IMG/VR virus record: IMGVR_UViG_3300042894_002234
Span: 1 to 63,671 of that record
DNA: 63,671 bases
From: a virus
Taxonomy: Duplodnaviria > Caudoviricetes
Direction: 5' to 3' (one strand)
Part shown: one piece after another, positions 1 through 9,415 of the stretch
Numbering within the stretch: the first letter of the stretch is position 1
Layout of the letters: the number at the start of each line of letters is the position of its first letter
Notes under the pieces: generated by a model
The model's input: the letters and a program-made list of their open reading frames with translations, nothing else
Database searches by the model: none
Told to the model about the DNA's origin: nothing
Position numbers and translations under genes: made by a program

Positions 1-210
1 GGTGATGCTTGTGTATCTTTAACAGCATCAATACCTAATGGTCAATTTACAGGCACAGGTGTATTAAACAATCAATTTTGTCCCAATATTTCTGGGAATG
101 GTACCTTTCCTATTAGCTATTCGGTTAATAGTGCAGGATGTACAGCAACTACTGTAATAAATGTTACAGTAAACGACTCTGTTAACTTAGGTTTAATAGA
201 ACACAACTAA
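1..210 (+). CDS. 3' end of a secreted Ig/PKD-like domain protein (truncated by window start)
   Basis: Frame 1 is open from base 1: GDACVSLTASIPNGQFTGTGVLNNQFCPNISGNGTFPISYSVNSAGCTATTVINVTVNDSVNLGLIEHN*. Its TAA (208-210) overlaps the next ATG (TAATG). Confidence 0.75.
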   Translation, partial: GDACVSLTASIPNGQFTGTGVLNNQFCPNISGNGTFPISYSVNSAGCTATTVINVTVNDSVNLGLIEHN

Positions 211-767
211 TGAAATTACTTCTTGCTTTACTATTTCTAGTAAATGTATCTTTTGGACAAAGTATCCAAGAAATATCTTTATGTGATTTTATAAAGAAAG
301 AATATACATATTTTATTTTTAACCAAGAAGCTGATTTAAAATGGGTTACGCCTTATGGTATTGCTTATGATAAATCAGTTACAGTTGAATGGAGTACTCC
401 TGGTACTTATACAATAACTGCTGAATATATTGATCAATACACTTGTAATTATCAAAAAAGATTCTTTGTAGTTAAGGTATCAGAATGTGATAAATCAACA
501 ATATTCTTTCCAAATAGCTTTACACCTAATGGAGATTATTTTAATGATGTTTTTGAGGTAAAAGGATATAACATAAAGAAATATCAATTGCTAATCTATA
601 ATAGATGGGGTGAACTTATCTATGAAAGTAATTCACTTGATGATATGTGGGATGGATACTATAAAAAATATATGGTACAAGAAGACGTATATGTTTACAA
701 GGCATTATGGCAAGACGTAAAATCAAAATGGGGTTTCAAAACTGGTACTGTTACTGTTTTATACTAG
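210..767 (+). CDS. Secreted protein with a PKD/Ig-like domain and a T9SS type-B (gliding-motility-associated, CHU_C) C-terminal sorting domain
   Basis: Signal peptide MKLLLALLFLVNVSFG|Q; PKD-like VEWSTPGTYTITA; CTD signature FPNSFTPNGDYFNDVF...IYNRWGELIY...WDG...VYVY...GTVTVLY. Confidence 0.9.
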   Translation: MKLLLALLFLVNVSFGQSIQEISLCDFIKKEYTYFIFNQEADLKWVTPYGIAYDKSVTVEWSTPGTYTITAEYIDQYTCNYQKRFFVVKVSECDKSTIFFPNSFTPNGDYFNDVFEVKGYNIKKYQLLIYNRWGELIYESNSLDDMWDGYYKKYMVQEDVYVYKALWQDVKSKWGFKTGTVTVLY

Positions 768-2101
768 TTTCATTTAGCTTATACTCCCAACCTGGAAAAA
801 ATTCTAATTGGTATTTTGGAACAAATGCAGGAGTAAGTTTTAATACAGGTGTTCCTGTTGCTCTAATAAATGGAGCTGTAGTAACTACTGAAGGTGTAGC
901 TACAATATCAGATAACTCTGGTAATCTCTTATTCTATACAGACGGTGTTACCGTTTATAATAGAAACCACTTAGTTATGACTAATGGTACTGGATTATTT
1001 GGTGATGCTAGTTCAACCCAATCTGCTGTTATTGTTGAAAAACCAGGTGCTGCAAACATATACTATATATTCACATCAGATAATGATGCTGGACCAAATG
1101 GTATTTGTTATTCAATAGTAGATATGACCTTAAGTTTAGGTTTAGGAGCAGTAACAAGTAAAAATATTTCTTTACATACACCTTCTTGTGAAAAGCTATG
1201 TGTTGTAAGACATTGTAATAATGTAGATTTTTGGGTTATATCTCATGATTGGAACAGTAATGTTTTTAGAACATGGTCTGTAACTAATTTAATGGTAGGT
1301 AATGTACAAGCTTGGTCAGCTACAGGTATTGTTCCATCTGGTATTACTCAAACATCATATGGACAATTAAAAGCAAGTTCTGATGGTAAAAAAATAGCTG
1401 CTTGTTATTATGGATTAACAGGATCAGGTGGAAATAAATTACAGTTATATGATTTTGACAATGCAACAGGTTGGTTGAGTAATGCTCAAACATTAGCATC
1501 AGATCAAGGTTTATATGGTTGTGAATTTTCACCTAATAACAAAGTATTGTATGCTAGTACAAATGGTGGAGCACTAATTCAGTTTGATTTATGTGCAAAT
1601 CCTATTTCTAGATATCTTGTATATAATACTGGTCCTTTTATGGGAGCATTACAAATAGCTCCTGATAGCAAGATCTATGTAACTAGAAATGCTACTAGTT
1701 TATCAGTTATAAACAATCCTAATATTGTAGGTATAGGTTGTAACTATACAAACTTAAATATCAGCTTATTAGGAAGAAGTAGTAGATTTAGTTTACCAAA
1801 TCATGCATCTTATTATAATTATCAACCGTTAATATTAAATCAACCTCAAACTTTAACCTGCACATCTTTTCAATTTACTGCGCCTATATTGCAACAAACT
1901 TGTAATACTGCAAATTATAATATTTTATGGAATTTTGGAGATGGTACAACGAGTACTGAAATAAATCCTATACATGATTATTTAATACCAGGAACTTATA
2001 CTGTAACTTTTAGCATAGGTACTGGTTGTGTAAATGATCAAGTAACGATAAATGTAACAACAATCAATTCAATTTTATTATCACAAATTAATCACAATTA
2101 A
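728..2101 (+). CDS. Secreted beta-propeller + PKD domain protein of the Bacteroidota T9SS-cargo type, lacking its own CTD
   Basis: Likely start ATG 728 gives signal peptide ...FILVSFSLYS|Q. NWYFG..AG..F...EGVATISD..GNLLFYTDG..SSTQSA is typical of Bacteroidota surface propeller proteins; PKD WNFGDGTTSTEINPIHDY..PGTYTV; ends QINHN. Confidence 0.8.
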   Translation: MGFQNWYCYCFILVSFSLYSQPGKNSNWYFGTNAGVSFNTGVPVALINGAVVTTEGVATISDNSGNLLFYTDGVTVYNRNHLVMTNGTGLFGDASSTQSAVIVEKPGAANIYYIFTSDNDAGPNGICYSIVDMTLSLGLGAVTSKNISLHTPSCEKLCVVRHCNNVDFWVISHDWNSNVFRTWSVTNLMVGNVQAWSATGIVPSGITQTSYGQLKASSDGKKIAACYYGLTGSGGNKLQLYDFDNATGWLSNAQTLASDQGLYGCEFSPNNKVLYASTNGGALIQFDLCANPISRYLVYNTGPFMGALQIAPDSKIYVTRNATSLSVINNPNIVGIGCNYTNLNISLLGRSSRFSLPNHASYYNYQPLILNQPQTLTCTSFQFTAPILQQTCNTANYNILWNFGDGTTSTEINPIHDYLIPGTYTVTFSIGTGCVNDQVTINVTTINSILLSQINHN

Positions 2102-2102
2102 A

Positions 2103-2426
2103 ATGGCAAACAAAAGAGCAAGCTATGTAACAACAAGAAACATTAACAAGGTACAATCGTTAATGAACATGGGAATGTCAACTACTCAAATATCTAATTT
2201 GATGAGTATTCCTTTTAATCATGCAACGTATTTACGTACTTTAGTTAATAACAAATCTAAATCATCTACATCAAAAGATGTAAATGTAAAACCAGTTGTT
2301 AATTATAACAAACCAATGGTAAATAAGAAACCTAGAGTTTCTAATGCTGTTGTATTAACAAAAGAAAATGTAAATGTTATTCGTACAGGTAATAATATTA
2401 CTGTTACTATTAACTTAGCGATTTAA
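2103..2426 (+). CDS. Hypothetical protein, possible N-terminal helix-turn-helix
   Basis: ORF track; KVQSLMNMGMSTTQISNLMSIP resembles an HTH; basic protein. Confidence 0.55.
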   Translation: MANKRASYVTTRNINKVQSLMNMGMSTTQISNLMSIPFNHATYLRTLVNNKSKSSTSKDVNVKPVVNYNKPMVNKKPRVSNAVVLTKENVNVIRTGNNITVTINLAI

Positions 2427-2497
2427 TTAGACTATAATTAAAAAGCTTTAATATTACTAGATATTTCAACTACTTTTACTATTATATAAAAGTAAAG

Positions 2498-2755
2498 ATG
2501 TTATACCAACTTTCAAATGGTAAAGTAGTTGAGATATCTGTTGAAGACTATTTAAATATGTCTGATGCAGATTTTCAAAATTTAGTTGGTTATAATCAAG
2601 GAGAATTTACTAATAATCCTTGGTTACACTCTGCTCTAGGTGATGAGCAAATTATAGATGAAGATGAAGAAGAAGAAACATTAATCAAAGAATTAGATGA
2701 TGTTTCAGATCTAGAAAAACTACTAGATCAAGATTACACAGATGAGGAGGACTAG
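2498..2755 (+). CDS. Small acidic hypothetical protein
   Basis: ORF with A-rich leader and D/E-rich C-terminus, followed by a terminator. Confidence 0.7.
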   Translation: MLYQLSNGKVVEISVEDYLNMSDADFQNLVGYNQGEFTNNPWLHSALGDEQIIDEDEEEETLIKELDDVSDLEKLLDQDYTDEED

Positions 2756-2770
2756 TTCCTCTTTTTTTTT
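2747..2770 (+). terminator. Intrinsic terminator
   Basis: GAGGA-ctagt-TCCTC hairpin followed by T9; overlaps the TAG stop. Confidence 0.6.
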
Positions 2771-2789
2771 AAATTAAATTTTATTTATT

Positions 2790-3245
2790 ATGTCAAAAGT
2801 AACAGTTGTAGCAAACGAAGATGGAAATGTTGTGCACCAATCTGAATCAAATTCAGGATTTGGTCACATTAGAGTTGAACAAACAAGATCAATTATTGAT
2901 GAAAAAGGTTGGTTAACTCGTAAAAAGTTAATTGCTTTTATTCCTGGTAAAGTAGAAGATTTAGAAGATGCAGGTTATGTATCTGGTCAAGTCTTAAACG
3001 GTAAAATTATTATTAAAGAATCAGTAAAACCATTCAATGTTAAAAATCCTGAGAAGGATATCAAACTTGCAGGTATTACTGGTATTCAATGTAAAGTTGG
3101 TGATGAACCAATTTACAGAAAATGCATGTATACAGAAGATTTGACACAGTCTGATGAGTTTGTTCAACATACTAACTCAGATGAAATTAAATCACAGTAC
3201 AAAAGAACAATCACTTTAAAACCAACAGAAGATTTCTCACTTTAA
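2790..3245 (+). CDS. Hypothetical phage protein
   Basis: 151-aa ORF within the + strand gene run. Confidence 0.7.
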   Translation: MSKVTVVANEDGNVVHQSESNSGFGHIRVEQTRSIIDEKGWLTRKKLIAFIPGKVEDLEDAGYVSGQVLNGKIIIKESVKPFNVKNPEKDIKLAGITGIQCKVGDEPIYRKCMYTEDLTQSDEFVQHTNSDEIKSQYKRTITLKPTEDFSL

Positions 3246-3256
3246 AACTAAATCAA

Positions 3257-3715
3257 ATGAACAAAATCAAAGTTACCCAAGCAAAGGTTGAAAAACAAAT
3301 TACAAACTCTAATTTCAGAATGAAGTATGAAAGAGATGAGTTTAACAGTGTACAGAATAAACTGTATAAAGAGGTTTTATTTGGATTATCAAATTTCTCA
3401 GAGAGTGAGATTAAAGCTATTCCTTACAAGGAACAAAATAGAATTAATAAAACTCATAGACATGCTCAAAGCATATTGAACATTTGGAAACAAGAACTGT
3501 GTAACAACATAGTTAATGACTTATTTAAGGCATTGTTCCCAAAATCGTCAATAACCAAAGAGTTGAATGAAGAATATGGTAATCTAATTGATCCAACTTT
3601 CAAAAATTTTGTTAACTTTAAAGATCTTGGAATATCTAAGAAACAAATAGTTAATAAATTAATTACTCATAATGTTTTACCTAAAAATTTCTTTGAATTA
3701 AATGAATCTAAATGA
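3257..3715 (+). CDS. Hypothetical phage protein
   Basis: 152-aa ORF overlapping the next gene. Confidence 0.7.
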   Translation: MNKIKVTQAKVEKQITNSNFRMKYERDEFNSVQNKLYKEVLFGLSNFSESEIKAIPYKEQNRINKTHRHAQSILNIWKQELCNNIVNDLFKALFPKSSITKELNEEYGNLIDPTFKNFVNFKDLGISKKQIVNKLITHNVLPKNFFELNESK

Positions 3716-4046
3716 ATTATCAGCCGAGCAAATTGTGTTCTTAAGCACAATCAATGATACACTAGTAGAAACTTATGAGCGAGTTATTCGTGATAAAGGT
3801 ATTACTAGAAGTATTGAAATACCAATGATTGGTAGTGTTAAGAGTTTTCATTCTGTATCAGAAGAGGAAATTGCAGAAATTACAGTTAACAAACGGTATA
3901 TTTGTGCAAAATCAGTTCAAGATAAATTAAAACCTATTGCAGATTTTATCAAGGATGCAACTCCTGATATTTATGAAAAAGCTTACTCATTAGCAGGGAT
4001 GCATGATGATGAAGAAGAATCAAAGGATTCAGATGATAACTCCTAA
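3702..4046 (+). CDS. Hypothetical phage protein
   Basis: 114-aa ORF with an acidic tail. Confidence 0.65.
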   Translation: MNLNELSAEQIVFLSTINDTLVETYERVIRDKGITRSIEIPMIGSVKSFHSVSEEEIAEITVNKRYICAKSVQDKLKPIADFIKDATPDIYEKAYSLAGMHDDEEESKDSDDNS

Positions 4047-4440
4047 AAAGAAGCACTGTGATGGTTGCGAGCAAGAGAAGCTAATTTGGAAGAATTTTGA
4101 TGGAAAGAAATACTGTAAGAAATGCTGGTCTAAAGAAAATAAACCAATTTTAGCACCAGCAAAAAAACCAGTAAAACTTAAGTCAAAATCTACTAAATTA
4201 GCAGCTCTTGAATCCTTGTATTCAAAGTTAAGAATTGATTATCTAACTAAACATTCTACTTGTGAGGCTAAACTACCAATCTGTACTTTTCAAGCAACTG
4301 ATATTCATCATAAGAAAGGGCGTGGTCCCTTTCTACTTGATGTACCAAGTTGGATTGCTGTTTGTAGAGTTTGTCACACATGGATTGAATTGCATCCATT
4401 AGAAGCTAAGGAATTAGGATTATCAGAGAATAGGTTATGA
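4033..4440 (+). CDS. HNH-like / Zn-binding endonuclease (NinG/HNH-type)
   Basis: N-terminal CxxC...CxxC; C-terminal CEAKLPIC..ATDIHHKKGRG...WIAVCRVCHTWIE. Start probably ATG 4033 rather than 4003. Confidence 0.65.
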   Translation: MITPKKKHCDGCEQEKLIWKNFDGKKYCKKCWSKENKPILAPAKKPVKLKSKSTKLAALESLYSKLRIDYLTKHSTCEAKLPICTFQATDIHHKKGRGPFLLDVPSWIAVCRVCHTWIELHPLEAKELGLSENRL

Positions 4441-5522
4441 ATCAAAAAGATGAAATTCAGAAAGAGGCTTTAGCAGTAATAAAGAAACATAATAGAGGAA
4501 CTATAGTTATGTCAATGGGTCTGGGTAAAACATTACTCGGACTCCTTGATATGGCTCAAAACTTTACTGAATATAGCTCATTCTTAGTTGTTGCACCTAA
4601 AGTCTCTATTTATAAATCTTGGATTGATGATGCACATAGTTTTAATTTAGGGTATCTACTTGATCATATTACATTTACTACTTATAGATCTCTATCTAAG
4701 AAATCTTTAGGTTATCAGAAAATATATCTTGATGAGTGTCATAACTTACTACCTACACATAAAGCATGGTTAAATAGTTATTCAGGTTCTATACTTGGAT
4801 TAACAGGTACACCACCAACAAGTAGAGATAAAGTTAAACATGATTTACTATCTAGTTTCTGTCCTGTAGTATATACTAAGAGTGTATCTTTTGCTGTAGA
4901 TAATAAGATTCTAAATGATTATAAAATTTATATACATCATCTAGACTTAGACAAGACAAAGAATACTAAGTTTGGTAAAGGCTTTGCATCAGAAGAAATC
5001 ATTTATAAGTTTTGGTCTAATAAGTTAGCAGAAGCAATCAATAATCCAAGACCAAATAAACTTATGATACAGAATCTTAGTATCATGAGAATGAGGGCTT
5101 TACAATCATTTGCATCTAAAACTAATTATGCTAAAAAATTTCTTAATAAGAGTTCTGATAAAACTATTGTATTCGCTAATACCAAAAAACAAGCTGATGC
5201 AATCTGCAAAACTAGCTATTACTCTGGAAAAACAACTGCAGAAAAAAACCTAGATGATTTTAAACTAGGTAAAATAATGCAACTGTCTTGTGTACTACAA
5301 TTGAGTGAAGGTATTACTATACCTAATCTTAAACGTGGTATTATCTTACATGCATATGGTAACAACAGAAAATCTTCTCAAAGAATTGGTAGATTATTAA
5401 GATTAAATCCAAATGAAACATCAGAAATCCATATACTATGTTATAGGGGTACAGTTGATGAAAAATGGACTAATGATGCCTTATCAGATTTTGATCAAAC
5501 TAAAATTCAAATATTATGTTAA
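4437..5522 (+). CDS. Superfamily 2 (DExH) helicase
   Basis: Motif I MGLGKT, motif II DECH, motif III LGLTGT, motif VI QRIGRLLR. Confidence 0.9.
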   Translation: MNQKDEIQKEALAVIKKHNRGTIVMSMGLGKTLLGLLDMAQNFTEYSSFLVVAPKVSIYKSWIDDAHSFNLGYLLDHITFTTYRSLSKKSLGYQKIYLDECHNLLPTHKAWLNSYSGSILGLTGTPPTSRDKVKHDLLSSFCPVVYTKSVSFAVDNKILNDYKIYIHHLDLDKTKNTKFGKGFASEEIIYKFWSNKLAEAINNPRPNKLMIQNLSIMRMRALQSFASKTNYAKKFLNKSSDKTIVFANTKKQADAICKTSYYSGKTTAEKNLDDFKLGKIMQLSCVLQLSEGITIPNLKRGIILHAYGNNRKSSQRIGRLLRLNPNETSEIHILCYRGTVDEKWTNDALSDFDQTKIQILC

Positions 5523-5722
5523 AAGTTGTAACAATTATTTATTCAATATTAATGTTTGAGGGTAGATGTGAAGAACGTTACTATAGTATTGAAAGAGATG
5601 AGTATGTAAATATTATTACAGAAATATCAGAAAAGAAAGCTATTGAGTATATGAATGAAGGAGCTGTTGTAGACACTCAAAGAGTATATTCAAAAACTGT
5701 ATTTAAAAAATGGTTGAATTAA
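5516..5722 (+). CDS. Small hypothetical protein
   Basis: 68-aa ORF overlapping both neighbours. Confidence 0.5.
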   Translation: MLKVVTIIYSILMFEGRCEERYYSIERDEYVNIITEISEKKAIEYMNEGAVVDTQRVYSKTVFKKWLN

Positions 5723-5913
5723 GCACATACGAAAAGTATTTATTAATGGCTTCTCAAGGGAATCCTATTAAACTTGCAATACTACTTAATCAAGATCTAC
5801 ACAAACAAAATCCTCAAGCGTTCACATTAATCCAAAAAAATGGACATGAGGACATTAATGTAGATATTATATTAAGTGTTGCAGAGAATATTGTAAACAC
5901 AAAGACTGTATAA
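5710..5913 (+). CDS. Small hypothetical protein
   Basis: 67-aa ORF in the + strand run. Confidence 0.5.
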   Translation: MVELSTYEKYLLMASQGNPIKLAILLNQDLHKQNPQAFTLIQKNGHEDINVDIILSVAENIVNTKTV

Positions 5914-5981
5914 ATAAAATTTTATTGGAATGACTTGTATATCTCAAAGTAATTTAATTCTTAAACTTAAAAAACAAAATA

Positions 5982-7055
5982 ATGGCAACATTAACAGCAA
6001 CACCAGAAATTGTAGAAAACAAAGTTGAATCTCAAAGCACTGAACTACATGTAAATAATGCAACATCAGGATTTGTATATATGGATAATGTTGGGAAGGT
6101 TCTAAACATTGCATTGAATACTGATGAGAATGTAATACTCTATGGTAAGGGTGGATATGGTAAATCAGAATTTACTATTGAATACCTACGTGAAATGGGT
6201 ATTGATCCATATGTAATTACTATGGGTACAGGTATGACCACAGATAGATTATTTGGTGGTCTGGATTTACCTAAGTTTAACCAGTCTGGTAAGATAGAAT
6301 ACCTTGTAGATAATAGCTTCATGAATCACGAGTATGTGATCTTTGAGGAATTGTTTGATGCTCCTGATTTTATTCTTGAGCAATTGAAAGATATCTTATC
6401 ATCTGGTACATTCCGTAATGGAACACAGATAGTTGATATTAAAACTAAAGTAATTGTTTGTTGTACTAACAAGACTCGTGAAGAGTTTGCTAAGAATAAC
6501 TCATTGAAAGCTTTGATGGAACGTTTTCCATTAGAACTAGAAGTAAAGTGGGATAATCATAACCGTATTACTTATGAGAATTTGTTGCAAACTAAACTAG
6601 GTTTTGCAGATCCTTTGCTTACGTATATTCTAGAGCAATATGCTGTTGCCAACAGTGTGATCTCTCCAAGAATTGCAATTAAAGCAGCAAAGATTATTGC
6701 ACAATGTGGTCCTGATTCATTGAATTTTGTTGCAGATTTTTCTGGTAAACCAGATATTCTTAAGACATCAATTGCTAAGTTTAAGAGTATTTTTGAGATT
6801 AATGAGCTTATTACAAAGCTTACAGATATCAAGAATAACTTTGATACTGCAGAATTAACAACTCTTCAAGATGTTAAGACTGCAATGGCAATTAATAAAT
6901 CAATGCATTCTGCTATCACTAAGCTTAAAGCAATTAAAGCTGATGATACTTTGGTACAAACAACAAGTGAAGCTGTTAAAGCATTCACAACTGTATATGA
7001 AACAAACAAGAAGAAGCTTGATTTATTAATTTCAATAGACGAACTCAATGGGTAA
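5982..7055 (+). CDS. MoxR-family (RavA-like) AAA+ ATPase
   Basis: Walker A GKGGYGKS, TTDRLFGG, Walker B VIFEE, sensor CCTN, ALMERF; directly followed by a VWA gene. Confidence 0.85.
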   Translation: MATLTATPEIVENKVESQSTELHVNNATSGFVYMDNVGKVLNIALNTDENVILYGKGGYGKSEFTIEYLREMGIDPYVITMGTGMTTDRLFGGLDLPKFNQSGKIEYLVDNSFMNHEYVIFEELFDAPDFILEQLKDILSSGTFRNGTQIVDIKTKVIVCCTNKTREEFAKNNSLKALMERFPLELEVKWDNHNRITYENLLQTKLGFADPLLTYILEQYAVANSVISPRIAIKAAKIIAQCGPDSLNFVADFSGKPDILKTSIAKFKSIFEINELITKLTDIKNNFDTAELTTLQDVKTAMAINKSMHSAITKLKAIKADDTLVQTTSEAVKAFTTVYETNKKKLDLLISIDELNG

Positions 7056-8505
7056 GTATTTTAGTGGGTATACTGGAGGCAAGTCCTCCAGTAAATCCTA
7101 TACCAATGACAACTATGGTTATGGTAGTTATGGTTATGGCTGGGATGATGATGTACCTTCTACTACATCTTATGGTGGTAGATATGGTTCATCTTATGGT
7201 TCTGGCAAATCTAGTTACAAAACTAGTTATGGAAATGGTTCAACTTGGAACTGGGGTAATTTTGGTTACACAAGTATTGTAGAAGATTCTGATGATGATT
7301 TATTTATTAAGAATCATGAGAGTTACTTTACTCCAAAAGATACTGATATCTCTAAGAAGTTAAAGTATCATAACAATACTGCTGCAAATCGTAAAGTTAT
7401 TAAAGAGTATGCTAGATTCTTTTTTCACAAAATGATTGATGACAAGGAGTACTTTGATGAAAAGTTTAATGATGAATCTAAGCTATCGGAGCATGAGGTA
7501 GAGCAACTATCTCAAAAGAAGCAGATTTATGATGAACTTTGGGATAAGTATATTCCTGGTTTTACTCCATTAGAACAAGCTGTAAATGTATTTAATGAAT
7601 TAATTGGTAATTCTCCAAATCCTGAAGAACTAACTGTTTCTGAGGCACTTGATAAACTCAATAAAGAAGGTGTTGAATTTCATGAAGAAATTTATAAAGA
7701 CCCTGAAATTAATGAGTTACTTGATATGCATGAATTTAGTAAAGATTATAAATTTGAGATTATTAAATTTATTTCTATGATTAAGAACTTAGGTTCTGAA
7801 TTCAAAATTGAAAAAGAAATAGAGGAAAGAATAGTACCAAATTCTAGAATCAATACTAAGAAAATCATGCGTGATTATTCTCAAGTATATCAAGCAGATT
7901 TGTATCAGAGATTAATGCCAACATTTGATGCTAAACTTCTAACTAAATCATTGGTTATTAATACACCAATTGATAAAACAGAACATAAGCAGAAGATCAT
8001 TATTCTATTAGATTATTCTGGTAGTATGTGTGAAACTGATAAACAACAAATAGTTGTAGCAATGCTTGTAGATCGTTTGAGATATGCAATGAAAGGTGAA
8101 GCAGAAATATTCTTTAGCTATTTTGTACATGATAAGCATGAGTTACACTTTACTCATATTCATGATAGAAAATCTGCTTTAGATTTTTGGGCTACCTTTT
8201 CTACTGAACCTAATGGTGGTGATACACATCTTGGTGAAATGGTAAATCATATTAATAGTGAGATTAATGATTATAATAAATTATGTAATCTTAATATTGA
8301 TTTGTCAAAAGAGAAACCAGAAATTCTTGCTATTAATGATGGTCAAGACAGTGTAAAAACTAAAGATTTTCCCTATAAAACAAATGCTATTTCCCTCATA
8401 GATGGTCTAAATGAAGAACTTAAAGAACTTTGTTTACAGAATGATGGTAAATATGTTTATGTACATAGTGGAGGAGATTTGGAAATGTTCTCAAATAATT
8501 CTTAA
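7048..8505 (+). CDS. VWA-domain protein (ViaA-like partner) with N-terminal Gly/Ser/Tyr low-complexity region
   Basis: MIDAS DYSGS after IIILL, GGDT, and INDG; overlaps the upstream AAA gene. Confidence 0.8.
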   Translation: MGKYFSGYTGGKSSSKSYTNDNYGYGSYGYGWDDDVPSTTSYGGRYGSSYGSGKSSYKTSYGNGSTWNWGNFGYTSIVEDSDDDLFIKNHESYFTPKDTDISKKLKYHNNTAANRKVIKEYARFFFHKMIDDKEYFDEKFNDESKLSEHEVEQLSQKKQIYDELWDKYIPGFTPLEQAVNVFNELIGNSPNPEELTVSEALDKLNKEGVEFHEEIYKDPEINELLDMHEFSKDYKFEIIKFISMIKNLGSEFKIEKEIEERIVPNSRINTKKIMRDYSQVYQADLYQRLMPTFDAKLLTKSLVINTPIDKTEHKQKIIILLDYSGSMCETDKQQIVVAMLVDRLRYAMKGEAEIFFSYFVHDKHELHFTHIHDRKSALDFWATFSTEPNGGDTHLGEMVNHINSEINDYNKLCNLNIDLSKEKPEILAINDGQDSVKTKDFPYKTNAISLIDGLNEELKELCLQNDGKYVYVHSGGDLEMFSNNS

Positions 8506-8511
8506 ATTTAC

Positions 8512-8536
8512 GGGGTTGTCTATAATGGGCAACCCC
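8512..8536 (+). terminator. Stem-loop, probable terminator or processing site after the AAA-VWA pair
   Basis: GGGGTTGTC...GGCAACCCC stem with only a weak U-tract. Confidence 0.5.
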
Positions 8537-8549
8537 CTATTTAAACCAC

Positions 8550-8957
8550 ATGAAAACAAGCTACTACAACAGATACGGAGATAATATAAATTTTGAAAAG
8601 ATTGATGATGACACAGTTGAAATGACTGGTTATAATTATGAATGGATGAGATATGGTTATCCTAATGTATATGATAATGCATATTCTGAATATTGTAAGG
8701 ATAATGAAAAACCTATAAGTTTGATAGATTTCAAATCAAAAGTTCATGAATGGAAAGAAGGAGAAAAAAATCCACTTGCACTATATGAAAATTTAGTTTA
8801 TTCAGATACATCTACAATTGATATGGTAGACCCATCAGGTGGGCCTTATATGACTGTAGGAATGAATTTAGCTAACTACTTTGAAACTAAAGATAAAATG
8901 ATAATCAAATCCATTGAAGTAAAAGAGAATTCAACAATTTTTAAAATAGAAATATGA
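8550..8957 (+). CDS. Hypothetical phage protein
   Basis: 135-aa ORF containing VDPSGGPY; ATGA overlap with the next gene. Confidence 0.7.
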   Translation: MKTSYYNRYGDNINFEKIDDDTVEMTGYNYEWMRYGYPNVYDNAYSEYCKDNEKPISLIDFKSKVHEWKEGEKNPLALYENLVYSDTSTIDMVDPSGGPYMTVGMNLANYFETKDKMIIKSIEVKENSTIFKIEI

Positions 8958-9415
8958 GAAATTTACTACACTCAATCAAATTGTTTTTTATAGGTCTTAA
9001 AAATGTATATGAGTACTTTCCCATAATCTATAAGGATAGAGATTGGGATTTTAGTTTTTATGAGAAACTTATGCTCTTTAAATTAAAGAGAATGTATAAG
9101 TGTTTGAATAAGAAACGCTGGCCTTGTGATTGTGATTTTGAAAAAAACCATTCATTAAAAGCTCTAAGAATCTGTATTAAAATTCTAGAAAGAAGAAAAA
9201 ATGATTTTTATTTTGATTTGATTAAAGATCTTGTAGATCAAGATATGGCTTTTATAGAAGTTGGTAATGGCTATAGATTATCTCCAGACTATCAGATATC
9301 TTCTAATATGGAGAAATACAATAGAGTTAAAAATGATTCTTGGGCTATTGAAAAAAGAGATTATAAACTCTACCACAAACTAATTTTAGAATACAGTGAA
9401 TACTGGTGGGATTAA
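8954..9415 (+). CDS. Hypothetical phage protein
   Basis: 153-aa ORF with DRDWD and a C-terminal WWD. Confidence 0.7.
   Translation: MRNLLHSIKLFFIGLKNVYEYFPIIYKDRDWDFSFYEKLMLFKLKRMYKCLNKKRWPCDCDFEKNHSLKALRICIKILERRKNDFYFDLIKDLVDQDMAFIEVGNGYRLSPDYQISSNMEKYNRVKNDSWAIEKRDYKLYHKLILEYSEYWWD

Noticed and set aside
190-2101. C-terminal His-Asn as an intein or Hint end motif
   Set aside because: HN is followed by a stop rather than Cys/Ser/Thr, and the preceding sequence is Ig/PKD-like with no Hint blocks.
1-2102. Host chromosomal DNA or a prophage boundary at the left end
   Set aside because: No integrase, att-like repeat, terminator or evident compositional break; genes are tightly coupled to the phage run. 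A chimera cannot be fully excluded without reads.
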